DNA of 63,998 nt, filler included, from Cercozoa sp. M6MM (GCA_040357565.1; 10 parts of 10 records of this genome joined end to end with filler, not necessarily neighbours in it); one strand, 5' to 3'; shown: positions 50,594-63,954, counted from the first letter of the whole stretch. Notes: generated from the letters alone by a model not told the origin. A program made the numbers and translations.

Positions 50594-52400
50594 ATGAATC
50601 CGCTGCCGCTGCCGCCCGTGTGCCATGGCGCCGCTGATGTTTGCGTATTCTTTTTAAAATCATTAGTCATGAGGGAGACCAAAAGAGCAGTTTCTCGCGT
50701 GCCTTGTGGCAGGTCTTTCAGACGCAAACGATGCTGCTTCTCGCCTTCTCCGTTCCATCGGAGGTGCTTGAATGCGTCTACTCTGCCTGAAACTAGATTT
50801 TCTTTAATTCTTGTCGAAAACAGGATGGAGTGGAGCACTTTCGCCTGCTAAAACTGATGTATTTCGGCCTCGATTTGAGTCGACGTCCGCAGGCGTAAGT
50901 TTTTTTGATTGAATTTTGGGGTAAAGTTTCAGTTGACTCCGCTGTGATATCTAGGACACTAGATCAACGTGTATACTCGTGGAACGACGTTGTTGAACTG
51001 TGCGACCAGTTGCAGGTCTTTGCTTCTCCAGTTCTCCAGTTTTTTCTGATCTTTTCGGCTGGAAATCGCATTTGTTTTTTATTCTGGTTTGCAGGCAACT
51101 CAGCTGGCACGTGGTGCAGCCATCCTTGGACAGATCCGATTCGTGCTAGGACACTACTTGGTGTTGTCTGGCGGAACTGTACGCTTACTTTTTACAGTTG
51201 ACTCCGGAAATTCGAAAGCTGTCAGTTGGGAAATATAATTTTCGAAATGGAAAAACGCAGGAGGTGGCAGCAGAGCTAGGTGGCCACAGAATCCTCCGTT
51301 TGCGCGCGTGCGATAATGCTACGGCAGACGTTGATCTCGTGAGCTCACAGGTCAGTCGGGAACTGTTTGTGAATGAGCAAGCTTGTTTGCAGTTTTTGAT
51401 AGTTTCCTCTTGGATTCAGAAAACGCAGCTTGCGCTGGTTCCGCTCTTCATTCACGTGCGTTCTCTTTTCTTGGATAATGTGTATTCAAACGGTCTTAAT
51501 AGACGGTCCAAATAAACGGCCCAAATGGACGGTCCAAATGGACGGTCCAAATGTATCAAATCAAAATAAAATAAATGCTCAGGATGCGAATCTGCGGCAG
51601 CGACTGCGACTGCCGAAAATTCCGTCTTCGGCACTGGCGGCCGAATTGCGGCATCGCAAGGTTTTACCCCCCTGTTTACCCCCCCCCCCCNNNNNNNNNN
51701 NNNNNNNNNNNNNNNNNNNNNNNNNNNNNNNNNNTTAATTAATTAANNNNNNNNNNNNNNNNNNNNNNNNNNNNNNNNNNNNNNNNNNNNGCACTTCTGC
51801 GCATGTAGTCACGTGTATGCCCCCCTGTTTACCCCCCTGTTTACCCCCCACCCCTACCCTGTTGGTCCGCAGCGAAGAAGCGCGCGCGGCGGCAGATTTC
51901 GTTTCGATCGAGACAGCGAAAGTTGCTCTCGCTGTAGCCACAGTACACACACACAGGTCGGTCTGTACGGTCCATGTGGGACGGTCCATTTGTACCCATA
52001 AGTGGACAGGGCTGTCTGCAGGTGCGACACGGGACGTCGGCGCTTCCAGTCGGTCTCACCGTCCTGTCATGTGGGCACGCCGTTTTACCCCCCTCTTTAC
52101 CCCCCCGTTTACCCCCCCCGTTTACCCCCCTGTTTACCCCCTGTTTACCCCCACCATACAGCGAGACAAGGAACTGAACGAGACTCCGTGCACGCGGCTG
52201 AACCAAGGTACCAAACTGGCACGTGTCCGACTGAGTGACACGTGTGTCTGACTGACTGAGTGACTGAGTGACTGACTGAGTGACTGAGTGACTGACTGAG
52301 TGACTGAGTGGCACGTGTCTGACTGAGTGAGCAGGCGTGGAAAGCACCACGGCAGCTGAGCTGCAAGTCGGCGACCTGCTGCTCCTGCGTCGGTGCTGCT
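50594..52400 (+). CDS. Hypothetical multi-exon protein, possibly the 5' part of the downstream Rav1-like gene
   Basis: Short GT-AG-bounded exons on both sides of a gap share the same intronic CTGTTTACCCCCC motif. Confidence 0.35.
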
Positions 52401-53092
52401 GTTTTACCCCCCTGTTTACCCCCCTGTTTACCCCCCNNNNNNNNNNGCACTTCTGCGCATGTAGTCACGTGTATGCCCCCCTGTTTACCCCCCTGTTTAC
52501 CCCCCACCCCTACCCTGTTGGTCCGCAGCGAAGAAGCGCGCGCGGCGGCAGATTTCGTTTCGATCGAGACAGCGAAAGTTGCTCTCGCTGTAGCCACAGT
52601 ACACACACACAGGTCGGTCTGTACGGTCCATGTGGGACGGTCCATTTGTACCCATAAGTGGACAGGGCTGTCTGCAGGTGCGACACGGGACGTCGGCGCT
52701 TCCAGTCGGTCTCACCGTCCTGTCATGTGGGCACGCCGTTTTACCCCCCTCTTTACCCCCCCGTTTACCCCCCCCGTTTACCCCCCTGTTTACCCCCTGT
52801 TTACCCCCACCATACAGCGAGACAAGGAACTGAACGAGACTCCGTGCACGCGGCTGAACCAAGGTACCAAACTGGCACGTGTCCGACTGAGTGACACGTG
52901 TGTCTGACTGACTGAGTGACTGAGTGACTGACTGAGTGACTGAGTGACTGACTGAGTGACTGAGTGGCACGTGTCTGACTGAGTGAGCAGGCGTGGAAAG
53001 CACCACGGCAGCTGAGCTGCAAGTCGGCGACCTGCTGCTCCTGCGTCGGTGCTGCTGTTTTACCCCCCTGTTTACCCCCCTGTTTACCCCCC
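51791..53092. repeat. Apparently exact 646-bp tandem duplication around a 10-N gap (likely assembly artefact)
   Basis: 51791-52436 repeats at 52447-53092; identical ORF translations offset by 656. Confidence 0.85.
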
Positions 53093-53236
53093 NNNNNNNN
53101 NNNNNNNNNNNNNNNNNNNNNNNNNNNNNNNNNNNNTTAATTAATTAANNNNNNNNNNNNNNNNNNNNNNNNNNNNNNNNNNNNNNNNNNNNCAACTCAA
53201 CTCAACTCAACTCAACTCAACTCTGTGTGTGCACAG

Positions 53237-55023
53237 GCGACGCGACAGCTGACGACGCGGTCGCTGTGTTTGTCGTCGCAGACGCCCGTGTCGATCTCGG
53301 CGTGCCTCGCGCTGCGCGACGGCGCCATGTCGCTCGTGTCGCTGCGACTCAACGAGAGCTCCGCGCTCACGCGACGGTAGGCTGTGCCGAGTCTTACCCC
53401 CCCTGCTCCTACTCCCTACCCCTACCCCTACCCTTACCCCTACCCTACCCCCTAGCCCCTTACCCCTACCCCTACCCCCGAGCCCCGTACCCCTACCCCC
53501 TACCCCTACCCTTTACCCCTACCCTTTACCCCCACCCCCAGTCGACTGCTGCCGTCGCTACCGTTTGCAGGCGGCGGCGGGAAAACAGAGCGCATCGTGG
53601 AGCACTCGCAGCTGCCGTTGGCCGCTGTGCTGCGACCTGGCAGGGCCGTCGCTCTGCTGCGCTTTGACGATCCCAACTTCCTGCTCACTCCGGTAGCTGT
53701 TGTCAGTCCTGTTACCCCCTACCACCCTGCCCTACCCTGCCCTACCCTATCCCCCTCCACCCTACCCTATCCCCCTCCACCCTACCCTATCCCCCCTCCA
53801 CCCTACCCTATCCCCTCCACCCTACCCTACCCTACCCTATCCCCCTCCACCCTACCCTATCCCCCTCCACCCTACCCTACCCTACCCTATCCCCTCAGAG
53901 CGACTCGGCCTCGGCAAGTCGGACGCTGGAGTGCGTGCTGCCGGGCGAGTTCACCGACGTCGCCTTCTCGGCCGCCGAGCAGCTCTTCTGTCTCGGCGTA
54001 GGACACCCCTTTACCCCCCCCCATACTTTCTATGCCTCATACCTCCTATGCCCATACCCCTATACCCCATACCCCTATACTCTATGCCCCTATACCCCAT
54101 ATCCCTATACCCCATACCCCTATACCCCATGCCCCTATACCCCATACCCCCATACCCCATACCCCCATAACCTTACCCCCCCCCCCCGACAGGAGTCGCA
54201 ACTGCACGTGTACGAGCGCGAGTTCGCACGTGTGTGGAGGTGCAGGTGGCGGTGCCGAGTGCCGGGTGGCACAGCGAGTGGCTGGCGTTGGATCAGAGTG
54301 CAGACGGTGGGCGACGGTGTCACGGTGGTCACACTGACGGACGAGTCACGTGCGACGGTGTGCCAGTTCGATCGCGACGGTGGCGCACTGGTGGCACGTG
54401 CCACGCTGCAGCAGTCGGGCATCACGTGCGTCGACGTCGCTGGCAGTGACGGTGACACGGACGGTGCCACGGACGGTGCCACGGACGGTGCCACGGACGG
54501 TGACACGCAGGGCGTGACGGTGACACTGGGCACGTGCGACGGCACACTGCACACCTACACCGTGGCATGTGCCGCCGAGACTGACACGTGGCCGGTGCAG
54601 AGTCGGCGCAGCGACGGCACGGTGCACCAGTGCGTGCGCGCAGTGACCACGATCGACGCCACGCGGCGCGTCACCGTCGGCAACCGTCGCGTGTGCCACT
54701 GGTCGCGCGTCACGGGTCGCTGGCGCCTCGTGCGGCAGTACCCGCACCGTCCCGCTGACACTGGCACAGTCACGAGTGATACCGACGGTGATACCGACGG
54801 TGACACCGACGGTGACACGAGTGTCTGGGTGGCCGGTCACACCGTCGGCACGTGCCACTCGCTGCCGGGTCGCACGTGCGTGCGCTTCGAACTGCAGCAC
54901 GAGCGCTTCGACTTCGACGTGTCGCCGCACCTGCACGACGGCGACCTGGCGCGCCGCGTCTACTGGCTACGGCACGGTACTGTCCCTGTCCATGTCCCTG
55001 TCCCTGTCCATGTCCCTGTCCCT

Positions 55024-55059
<36 letters not shown>

Positions 55060-56410
55060 GATTGGACTGTGTACAGGACCCCTGTTTGTGCTGAGTGAAA
55101 CGTCGATTCTCGTGCTGCCGCCGCTGCTCTTCCTGCCGGCGCATGTGTAGTTTTACCCCCCCCCCTACCCTCTCCTACTCCCTCCACCCCCATACCCCCC
55201 TCTTGCCCCCTTTACCCCCCTGGTAGCCTGGCCAGACGAGAGAGCGTGGGCGACCGATGTCTCTCGTTCGGTCACTTCGAGATGGCGCGCCTGCTGGACC
55301 GCGCGTACCTTGTGTTTTGTATCTGGCTGCGACCCGGCGGACCAGCCGAATATACGAGAAATGCGAAAATACGAGAAATGCGAAAATACGAGAAATGCGC
55401 AGTGAGAACGGCGCCGTGTCGCGCGTGGCCGCGACGGCGAAAAACGCGCGTTTCGCGCACGTCGTCGACTTTGACACGGCGGTACAAATGGACCGTACAG
55501 AAGTGGACCATTCGTGTGGGGTGGGGTACATATGGACCGCGTGTGGACACACAGAGAGAGGACACGGCCGTCGCCGATCTGACGCACTTTTTGTCGCGGC
55601 AGAGGTTTACCCCCCTACCCCTTACCCCCCTCCCCCTTACCCCCTACCCCTACCCCCTACCCCCCTTTAACCCCCTGTGTAGAGCACTGGACGCGTGCGG
55701 AAGACTGGCGGCGGCGCATCTCTTCCTTGTCAATCGACGCTCTGGTAGGTGTTTTATGCGCTTTACCCCCCGTGACCCCCCCCGCCCCCGCGCCGGGCGG
55801 AGAGCGCGCGTCGTGTGTTCCTGGCGGCCTGCGCACTGCACAGTCGGCAGCAGTCGACTCTGATTGATCTCGTGTTCGATCAACCGTCCGATCAGTCGAA
55901 GAAACCGTCCGATCAGTCGAAGAAACCGTCCGATCGGTCGAAGGATCAGTCGGCGTGGCGAGAGTTGCGCGACCGGTCGCTGCTGCTGTGGGCGCACGAC
56001 CCTGCCGGTACCTTCCGCCGGGATGATTAAGTGGCACTGCGTGATCGATCACACACAGTGAGTGGTCACACAGTGGTCACTGGGACCGTCACTGAGTGAT
56101 CGTGGGTGTGCCACGTGCGCAGTGATCGATCGCGCGCTGCAGTGGCTGTGTCGGCGCGACTTCCAGCGGCGTCGCAATCCGGCCGACGCACTGCTGTGGT
56201 TCGCGCTGCGTGGTCGCAGTGTAGTCCGACTCTAGACTCTCTCTCTCTCTCTCTCTGATCGATCATGTGGTCATTGTGATCGATCATACGATCACTGTGA
56301 TCGATCATTAGTGGTCATTCTGATATTGTGTGTGTGTGTGTGCGCAGACACTGCCGGTGCTGCAGGGACTCTTCCGCGCTGCGCAGAAACACAAAATGGC
56401 CGAGTTCTTG
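53237..56410 (+). CDS. RAVE subunit Rav1 / DMXL (Rabconnectin-3 alpha)-like protein, partial
   Basis: WD-like segments, then the Rav1p_C pattern: ALDACGR, WRELRDRSLLLW, LCRRDFQRRRNPADALLWFAL, LPVLQGLFRAAQKHKMAEFL. Confidence 0.7.
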
Positions 56411-56529
56411 GTGTGTCTTACCCCTTTNNNNNNNNNNNNNNNNNNNNNNNNNNNNNNNNNNNNNNNNNNNNTTAATTAATTAANNNNNNNNNNNNNNNNN
56501 NNNNNNNNNNNNNNNNNNNNNNNNNNNCC

Positions 56530-59500
56530 CCAAAAACCTTCAGGCACAGGCGCATCAACGCGATCGACGAGCGCCAGCAGCAGCAGCACGCGACGCTCGC
56601 AGCGCGCCGGCAGTGCACTGTCTCATCGTACACATACACCGGTACAAATAGACGGTACAAATAGACCACGTACAGACTGTGTGTGTGTGGCTACAAAAGT
56701 GGACCATCTGTACCCGGACAGCGTGCGAAACGCGGTCGGCAGCGCGGCGAGATTGACGCACTCGGCGTCGTCGGCGTCGTCGCCGGCGTCGTCGTCGTCC
56801 TGTGAGGTACAACGGACCCGAGGTACAAATGGACAACGTGTACGGTACAAATGTACAGTGCAAATGTACAGTACAAATGTACGGTAGAAAAGTACGGTAG
56901 AAACATGGTGATACCAGCAAGGCCTGCGCCGACTGCGCCATGAGAGCGACGCCGAGACACCTGGCACGTGTCTCACTCGACTCACCGACCACGTGGTCAC
57001 TCTTGAGATCACTGTGGTCATCCACGTGATCACTGTGGTCATCCACATGATCACTGTGGTCATCTGTGCGATCATCCATGCGATCAATGTGGTCCGTGCG
57101 ATCAATCGACAGCAGCGCGCGCGTCACCAAACGCGCCGTGTCGCCTGCACGCTCGCGCAGCAGCTTCGGCTGCAGGGGGGGGGGGTAAACTAGGGCAAAG
57201 AGGGAAAGAGGGCAGGGAACCTGCGAGCGCGCAACGGCCAAAAAGGCCGTGAGCGCCGACTCGAGCACCGTCCAGTCCACGATGTCGCCTTGCTCTGCAT
57301 CGGGGGGAGTGTTGATTAAGTGCGAGGATAGTTAAGGGTGCGGGGGATAGTTTAGGGTGTTGGTTAAGGGTGCGACGTGTGCGCGGTGGCTACCGAGATC
57401 GCGGAGCAGTTGGAGCGCGCGGTCGCAGAGCTGCGTGGCGCCGGCCTGTCGCTCCTCGACCGGCAGCGCCAGCAGGAACAGCGGCAGCGCCGTCGTGCAC
57501 AAGGCCGCACTGCCTCGCAGCACGCACTCCTCCTGTACCGTCCCACATGTCCATATGTACCGTCCAACCCATGTTGTACAGAGAGAAGGCACCAGGTAGG
57601 CGTGCAGATGGCGTCGCACCAGCGGAGCCACCTGGTGCTTGTGGTCCCTCTGCAGGACCGACGTCAGCGTGCGCAGCACCAAGTCTCGCTCCTCTGTCCA
57701 AGGTGGCCACAGTGAGGACCATACACGCACCTGCAAAACACGCCCTGGGACGTACCCGTCTTGTCCTTGCTGTCGCCGAGCAGCAGTGTGATCAGATCCT
57801 GCACACGCCGCGTGTCGCGACTCAGACCGGCCGAGTCAAAGGCCGTCGCTTTCTCCAGCAACCACAAGGCGGCCTATACACACGTCAACACGTGTCCACA
57901 CCTCACAACACACCTTTAAGACGGGTCTTACGAGACGCAGGCGCGACTGACACTCGGGCAGCACATTTTCCAGGAACTTAAACGACTCGCTCTGCGCGCC
58001 TGAAGGACACAGGAACTCGCTTTGCACCTGTGACAGCACGTCACGCGTCAACAGCAGTGGCGTGGCCCGCAGAATCACACGCTGCAACTCTCGCAGTTTC
58101 GCCTCCTTAATCTGTCCACAAAACAGTCCAATCGGTCCAGTTCGGTACAACAATGTTGTATTTGGTGTTCTTATGTTCTATTTTACCTTACTAACTCCGA
58201 GCACGGCACGCAACAGCTCATCAGTTTTCTCGCGCGTGGCGTGCCCACTCAGTAACTGACGCATCTTGCTCCATCGGATCTATTTTGGAACATTTGGACT
58301 TGCACAGCTGCCCCCTGGCACACACCGCAACAATGAACAAGGTCACCTTGGGATCAACAGCCTTAGCTTCGGTCTTGAGTTCACGCTGCAGTGTTTCGCT
58401 CTGTCAACGCACAGCGCAAGGTGATATTGCCAACCGAAAACTGAACTGACGTGTCTTGCAGTTGGTTAAGAGAGCGTTTAGTACCACGGCATCGCACGAG
58501 CCGGCAAGCCACAGGCACTGAAGAGAGTCGGCCTTTTTGCTGTCATCAAGCACACGTATAAAAGACACCAATGACACCCGAAATAACTGTGCCTTACACG
58601 TGTTCGAGGATATCGGCCTTGTTCTTGCTAAGCACACAGATCAAAAAATACAAGTCCAACTGAGTAAAATCAAAACAGATCTTGAGCACTAAGGCCAGGT
58701 ACCGCAGCTCGGCAAACGCGTTGAGGAAGCCAGCCAGGATGCGACGGTGCTCGAACAGGAAATCGCTGAGATTAGCTTCGTGCACCTGCCGTGTATCTTG
58801 CTCTGTCAGATGAGATCGGGTCAAACGGGTCAAACAGGGTGCCAGAGGTGTGCTAGGGTGTGTGGGCTCTGTGTGGGTCTATAAGGTGTCTGTGTGGGTG
58901 TGCTTGCTGTGCTGTGGTTTTAGTGGGTTGACTGGGATGGTGTGGGATGAGGGCGTGTGGGTTGTGTGCTGGGTGCGTGCTACCGGCGGCAGACAGAGCA
59001 ACGGCCACACAGGCGGTGAGTACGCGCGCGCGTTCCTGCGCCGAGGCCGCGTGGCCGCCGAGCAGCGCCTGGTCCACTCGCTGCTGTAGCCACAAGCACA
59101 GCTGCCGCGACGACGCCACGCGCGACGGACACAGTGCGCAAAGCACGCCGCGCACCATCCACGGCACCTACCGGTCCATGCACATGTCCAGATGTACGCA
59201 TGTCCAGATGTACACATGTCCAGATGTACGCATGTCCAGATGTACACATGCCCAGATGTACACATGTCCAGATGTACCTGTGACGGCACCGACAGCGCAG
59301 TCTGTCGCTGACGCCAGTGCGGCACAACATGTCTCGACAGGAACTCCAGCTGTCCCGGGGTACAAGGGAGTTAGGGGGGTAAGCAGGGGTAAGAAGGGGG
59401 TAAGGGGGAGGTAAAACTACCACCTGCAGGTAGGCGCACTTGCGCACAGCGGGCGCTGCGTCGCTCAGTCGCTGCTTGAGCGCGTCCCACAGCAGCGGCG

Positions 59501-60720
59501 AGCAGCGCGCCGGGTCACTCACGGCCACGCCGCCCGCTGCTTCGACCGCGCGGACGCGCACCGCCTGCTGACTGTCACGTGTACGCACGAACAACGCACG
59601 TACCTGTCAAGGGAGGGAGTAAACGGGAGGTAAACTAAGGGGAGGGGATAATACGAGTGCGTGCGTCATGCGTAGCACAGCAGCCTCCACGACGTTCTCG
59701 CCGATGCCGTACTTCAGTTGGTTATTATAAGGGTAGATTAAGGGGGGGGGTAAAAAGAAATCTACCTTCTCCTTCGCGCGCTGCTCTTGTTTCTACGACG
59801 ACAGGAGTACGGGGGGGGGGGGGGGCTAGAGGGTATGGGAAGGTCAAGAGGGTGACAGGGGTACACTGTCAGGTCGCACGTCGCCGCTGGAGGTCACTTG
59901 GAGCGTGTCACACAGCAGCAGTTTCGACAGCCACTCTGTCGCCTCAGCTCGTACTACGGGGGAGGTATAGATAGGGAGCAAGAGGGGTTAAAAGGGAGGG
60001 AAAAAGGGGTTAAAAAGGGGTTCAAAAATGGGTTAGAAAGGAAAAGGGGTTTAAAAAGGGATAAAAAAAGGGTGTAAAAAGGGGCTAAAAGGGGGTTTAA
60101 AAAGGGGGTTTAAAAAGGGGGTTTAATAATGGGATAAAAGGGTAAAAAAGGGATTCAAAAAAGGGGTTAAAACGGGGGTAAAAAGGGGTTAAAAAAGGGG
60201 TTTAAAAAAGGGGGTAAAAAGGGATTAAAAAGAGTTTAAAAAACGGGTTAAAAAGGGGTTAAAAAGGGGTTAAAAAGGGTTTTAAAAGGGTTTTAAAAAG
60301 GGTTAAAAAGGGTTTAAAAAGGGTTTTAAAAAGGGTTAAAAAAAGGGGTTAAAAGGGGGGGGGGGTAAAACCGTCGCGATCGGCGTCCTGCGACAGTTCG
60401 ACGATTGCGGCGGCGAGTTTCGACGACACGGCCGTCGCTGCGTCCACCTGCGTCAGCAGTTCCGTCGCCACGCGGCCGTACCGCAGTCGCGTTGCCGCCT
60501 ACAGTCGCAAGTTTACCCCCCCCCCACCCTTATAGACACCCCTACCTTCCCAGAGTCCATGAGTTCGCCGAGACGTTGCCAGATGCCGTAGCGACCAAAG
60601 AAGCCCGGCACTGTTCCCTAAAGGTAAAAGAAGTTGAAGGGATAAGGCGATGGGGAGGGGGTAAGATACCAGCGCAACAATTGCCTTGTCCTGTCGCTCG
60701 CGTACTTCTTCTGGCACTGG
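56530..60720 (-). CDS. PDS5: Sister chromatid cohesion protein PDS5-like HEAT-repeat protein, partial
   Basis: RTRDSQQAVRV...LWDALKQRLSDAAPAVR; VDQALL...QERARVL; ILRATPLLL; SALTAFLAVARSQ|PKLL...LVTRALL; ETRARCLGVALM are colinear with PDS5 motifs as I recall them. Confidence 0.6.
59985..60370. repeat. Intronic degenerate (A)n(G)nTT satellite
   Basis: About 385 bp of AAAAAGGGGTT variants. Confidence 0.9.
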
Positions 60721-60936
60721 GGGGGGGGGGNNNNNNNNNNNNNNNNNNNNNNNNNNNNNNNNNNNNNNNNNNNNTTAATTAATTAANNNNNNNNNNNNNN
60801 NNNNNNNNNNNNNNNNNNNNNNNNNNNNNNCCCCTTAACCACCTTGACCCCTTAACCACCTTGACCCCTTAACCACCTTGACCCCTTAACCACCTTTACC
60901 TCCTTAACCACCTTGACCCCCCCTCCCCCGACACAG

Positions 60937-61129
60937 AGAGTCGCCGATGCCGATGGAGGAGGACGACGAGTTGCTCTCCTTCGCGTCCAGCGAGGCCAGT
61001 TCTCCCAAGGCCGACACGCCCTCCGACACGCCGCCGAACGACCTTGTTCGGGCACAGAACGACCGTGTTCGTGACACTGTTCGGCCTGACGATTTCCGTT
61101 CATCGATCCCGGCTGACTTAATGCCTTGA
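60937..61129 (+). CDS. Terminal exon of an unidentified gene
   Basis: Open frame after a C-rich intron acceptor, ending SSIPADLMP*. Confidence 0.35.
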
Positions 61130-62284
61130 ACTGGTTCCCTGTGGTGTTTCGAGTCTGTTTTAGTCTCTTAGAGCGTGCATTGATAGTAGTTCCAGTCCCA
61201 AACAAAGCAACTCACGAATTCTTTGCTCCTAATTCTTTGCTCCTAAGTGAAATTTGCCACCCCAGACTGGTGCAGGGAACGACTGAGTGGAATTTGGGAC
61301 AGGCACCAGCAGGCGCACTTTAGGCTACTGTGTCAAGCCGGACGAAAAAAGTTGCTGGGGCCCGCTGCCCGGGCCAGGCGGGGCCTGCCCCCCCCCCAAC
61401 GCAAGTCAACTGCGCGTGAATGCCGACCATCAATAGTTGCAACTTTTCATGGTTGCGAGGCTGTCTCGGCTGAGAGACTCAACTGTCATGGGATTTGGAT
61501 CCACTGAGAGCCACTGACCTGAGCCTACCCTCGGCGACACGAGCAACGCAGTAGTATCACGGGGCCTAACGCCCGGCTTCAACAAGCGCCAAAGCAAGAA
61601 GCGGAGTACATGCTCGATGTACTGTAGCGGCCATCGATCGAATCATGGGGGCCGGCCAGGACCGAGCGCTAAGGAACAGCAAATCCGCAGATTGGCATCC
61701 CGCCCTCAAGCAGCCGTTTTGGCGGCCGTGTTCGTCTCATTTAACGTACGAGCCACGTTGCGCCCGAGCGGAAATAAGGGTGAAATCTGAGTCCCACAAA
61801 ACCCAGGATTTCCTGTTTCAAGACGAGGCGCTCGAAACCTGCGGTAGCTCGCGCACAGATCGCATGAGTGGTACTTAGCACACGTGTTACTGGGCCCGCG
61901 CCGGCCAGGCGGATCATTCACTATCCTCCCGGCCGTGTGTGTTTTTGTGTCATTCGACGGACGCGCTGGGTGAGGCCTCGGGCTGCCTAGGGGAGGTTCC
62001 TGTGATGCCCTTGTGCCTTTTGGTGGGGTGTGTTGTGAGGGGGCTCCATGGTCCTCCTTGAGTCTCTTGGTGCCCATCGAGAGGTGAATCCTCCTGAGTC
62101 GGCCCAGAGTGATCGGGGAGGGTCTGATCTTTTGGTTTTATTCTGTGTTTTGAGGTTCTTTCTTTTGGGACGGTGCTTTATTCGTGTTTATTTGTGAGCT
62201 TGATCACGTGGGCTAACAGTAGAAGGCAACGAGCGCAAGCGGCGCCGCCTGGCGGCCAGCGTGGCGACCGATCGGCTTTTTGCC

Positions 62285-62849
62285 ATGCCACCCGACGAGA
62301 AAAACGAGAACAATCACGAGGAGAGTCACGAGCTCCGAAACGTTGCACTACACCCCGAGCTGAGTGCAGAGCCTGCCAAACGCGCTGCAACGGGCCCGAG
62401 TGGGTTCCACGGGCTCAGTGAGCTCAATGAGCTGCATGGGCTCGATCAGGAGTTCGACGAGTCAGCAGAGGCAGAAGACGGTGATGAAGAGTACCGACAC
62501 ATGGAGGAGGCCGAGGAGGACACTCAGGACGAACTGAGCGATGATGCCGATCTGTATGAGGAGGAGGACGGTCCGTTTGTGCGGCCTGTGGACTCAGCGA
62601 CGCCGGAGCTGCCCGAGGCGTGTGTGTTCTGCCGCGAGAAACTGCCGCCGCAGCTGCGCAAGCTGAGCTCGCACATCTGCAAGCACATCGAGAATGCCAT
62701 GCCGCTCAATGCGTGCACTCTGTGCGGCAAGGCCTTCAAGTGGTCGGCCGGCCTGAAGCGGCACCTGCGCAACTCGCACCCGCCCGAGTACGCCGTCGAG
62801 GTCGACCGGCCCAGGGTGCGGCCTTACCCCCCCGGCCCGCGGGTGCCCC

Positions 62850-62850
<1 letters not shown>
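62285..62850 (+). CDS. C2H2 zinc-finger ORF with acidic N-terminus (3'-truncated)
   Basis: CVFC...HICKH and CTLCGKAFKWSAGLKRHLRNSHP; no intron before the fingers. Confidence 0.75.
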
Positions 62851-62881
<31 letters not shown>

Positions 62882-63019
62882 CGCGGGGGGGGGGGGGNNN
62901 NNNNNNNNNNNNNNNNNNNNNNNNNNNNNNNNNNNNNNNNNTTAATTAATTAANNNNNNNNNNNNNNNNNNNNNNNNNNNNNNNNNNNNNNNNNNNNGGG
63001 GGGGGGGGTAAAGTGTAAG

Positions 63020-63648
63020 GTAAGTCAGCGGTGACTCACGAGAACTTGGCCAAGTCAAAGTTGATCGAAACTTCCACCGGTCGTCGCTGTCCAAAGTGAG
63101 AGTGTGACTGACTTGGTAGGTAGCTGCATACACACAGACACAGACAGACACACCAATGCAGGTCGACTATGATCCAAGCTCTTGGCAATCACGCTGATGC
63201 TGTTATCGCGCACTTTACGCCAAGTCGACAGCGACGGTGCAACCACAACTGCAGCGACAATATCATACCCCCTAACCATCTTTACCCCTACCCCTATTAC
63301 CCCCTTAACCCCGAAACCAACGCACTGGCAGGTGTCGCAAAGAATCGATCGGCCACGACGCGAATACAGGTGCGCTGCCCCCTGAACGTACGACACAGAC
63401 GTGTGCATCATACACATACATACATACATACATACATACATACAGACATACATACATACATACATACATACATACAGACATACATACATACATACATACA
63501 TACATACATAAATACATAGACATTCATACAGATTACATAGACATTCATACAGACATACATACATAAATACAGACATACATACGCACTCACATGTAACGTA
63601 GTTCAAGCATATATACTATACATATATACATGTACACAGACAGACAAC

Positions 63649-63709
<61 letters not shown>

Positions 63710-63900
63710 AAGAGAGCAGGTGGTACGGAGCCGAATTCAGGCGCATCAGGTTGTGCTGACCGCTGGCCGCGTGGATGTCGGCCGACGACAATCGCAGGTA
63801 CTGCGTTGCACTGCCCGGGCCGCTCTTCTGCGCGACACGTCCGTCAAGAACAAGGGTAAAGGGCGGGGAAAGGGGATACAAAAAGAGTCAAAGGGAGGTC
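63020..63900 (-). CDS. Internal exons of an unidentified gene with microsatellite-filled introns
   Basis: Open segments between (TATG)n/(CT)n and G-rich introns. Confidence 0.3.
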
Positions 63901-63954
63901 AAGTACCACAGAGGTCGCATTGCAGTCACCCGTGAACGCAATGATTTCAAAGGC

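Noticed and set aside
51791-53092. Tandem exon-block duplication
   Set aside because: Apparently identical including introns and split by a 10-N gap; typical scaffolding overlap. Normal read depth on both copies would be needed to call it real.
53395-54190. Pro/Tyr-rich extensin-like ORFs or telomere-like repeats
   Set aside because: They lie inside GT-AG introns of the Rav1-like gene; the unit is TACCCC, not a regular CCCTAA array.
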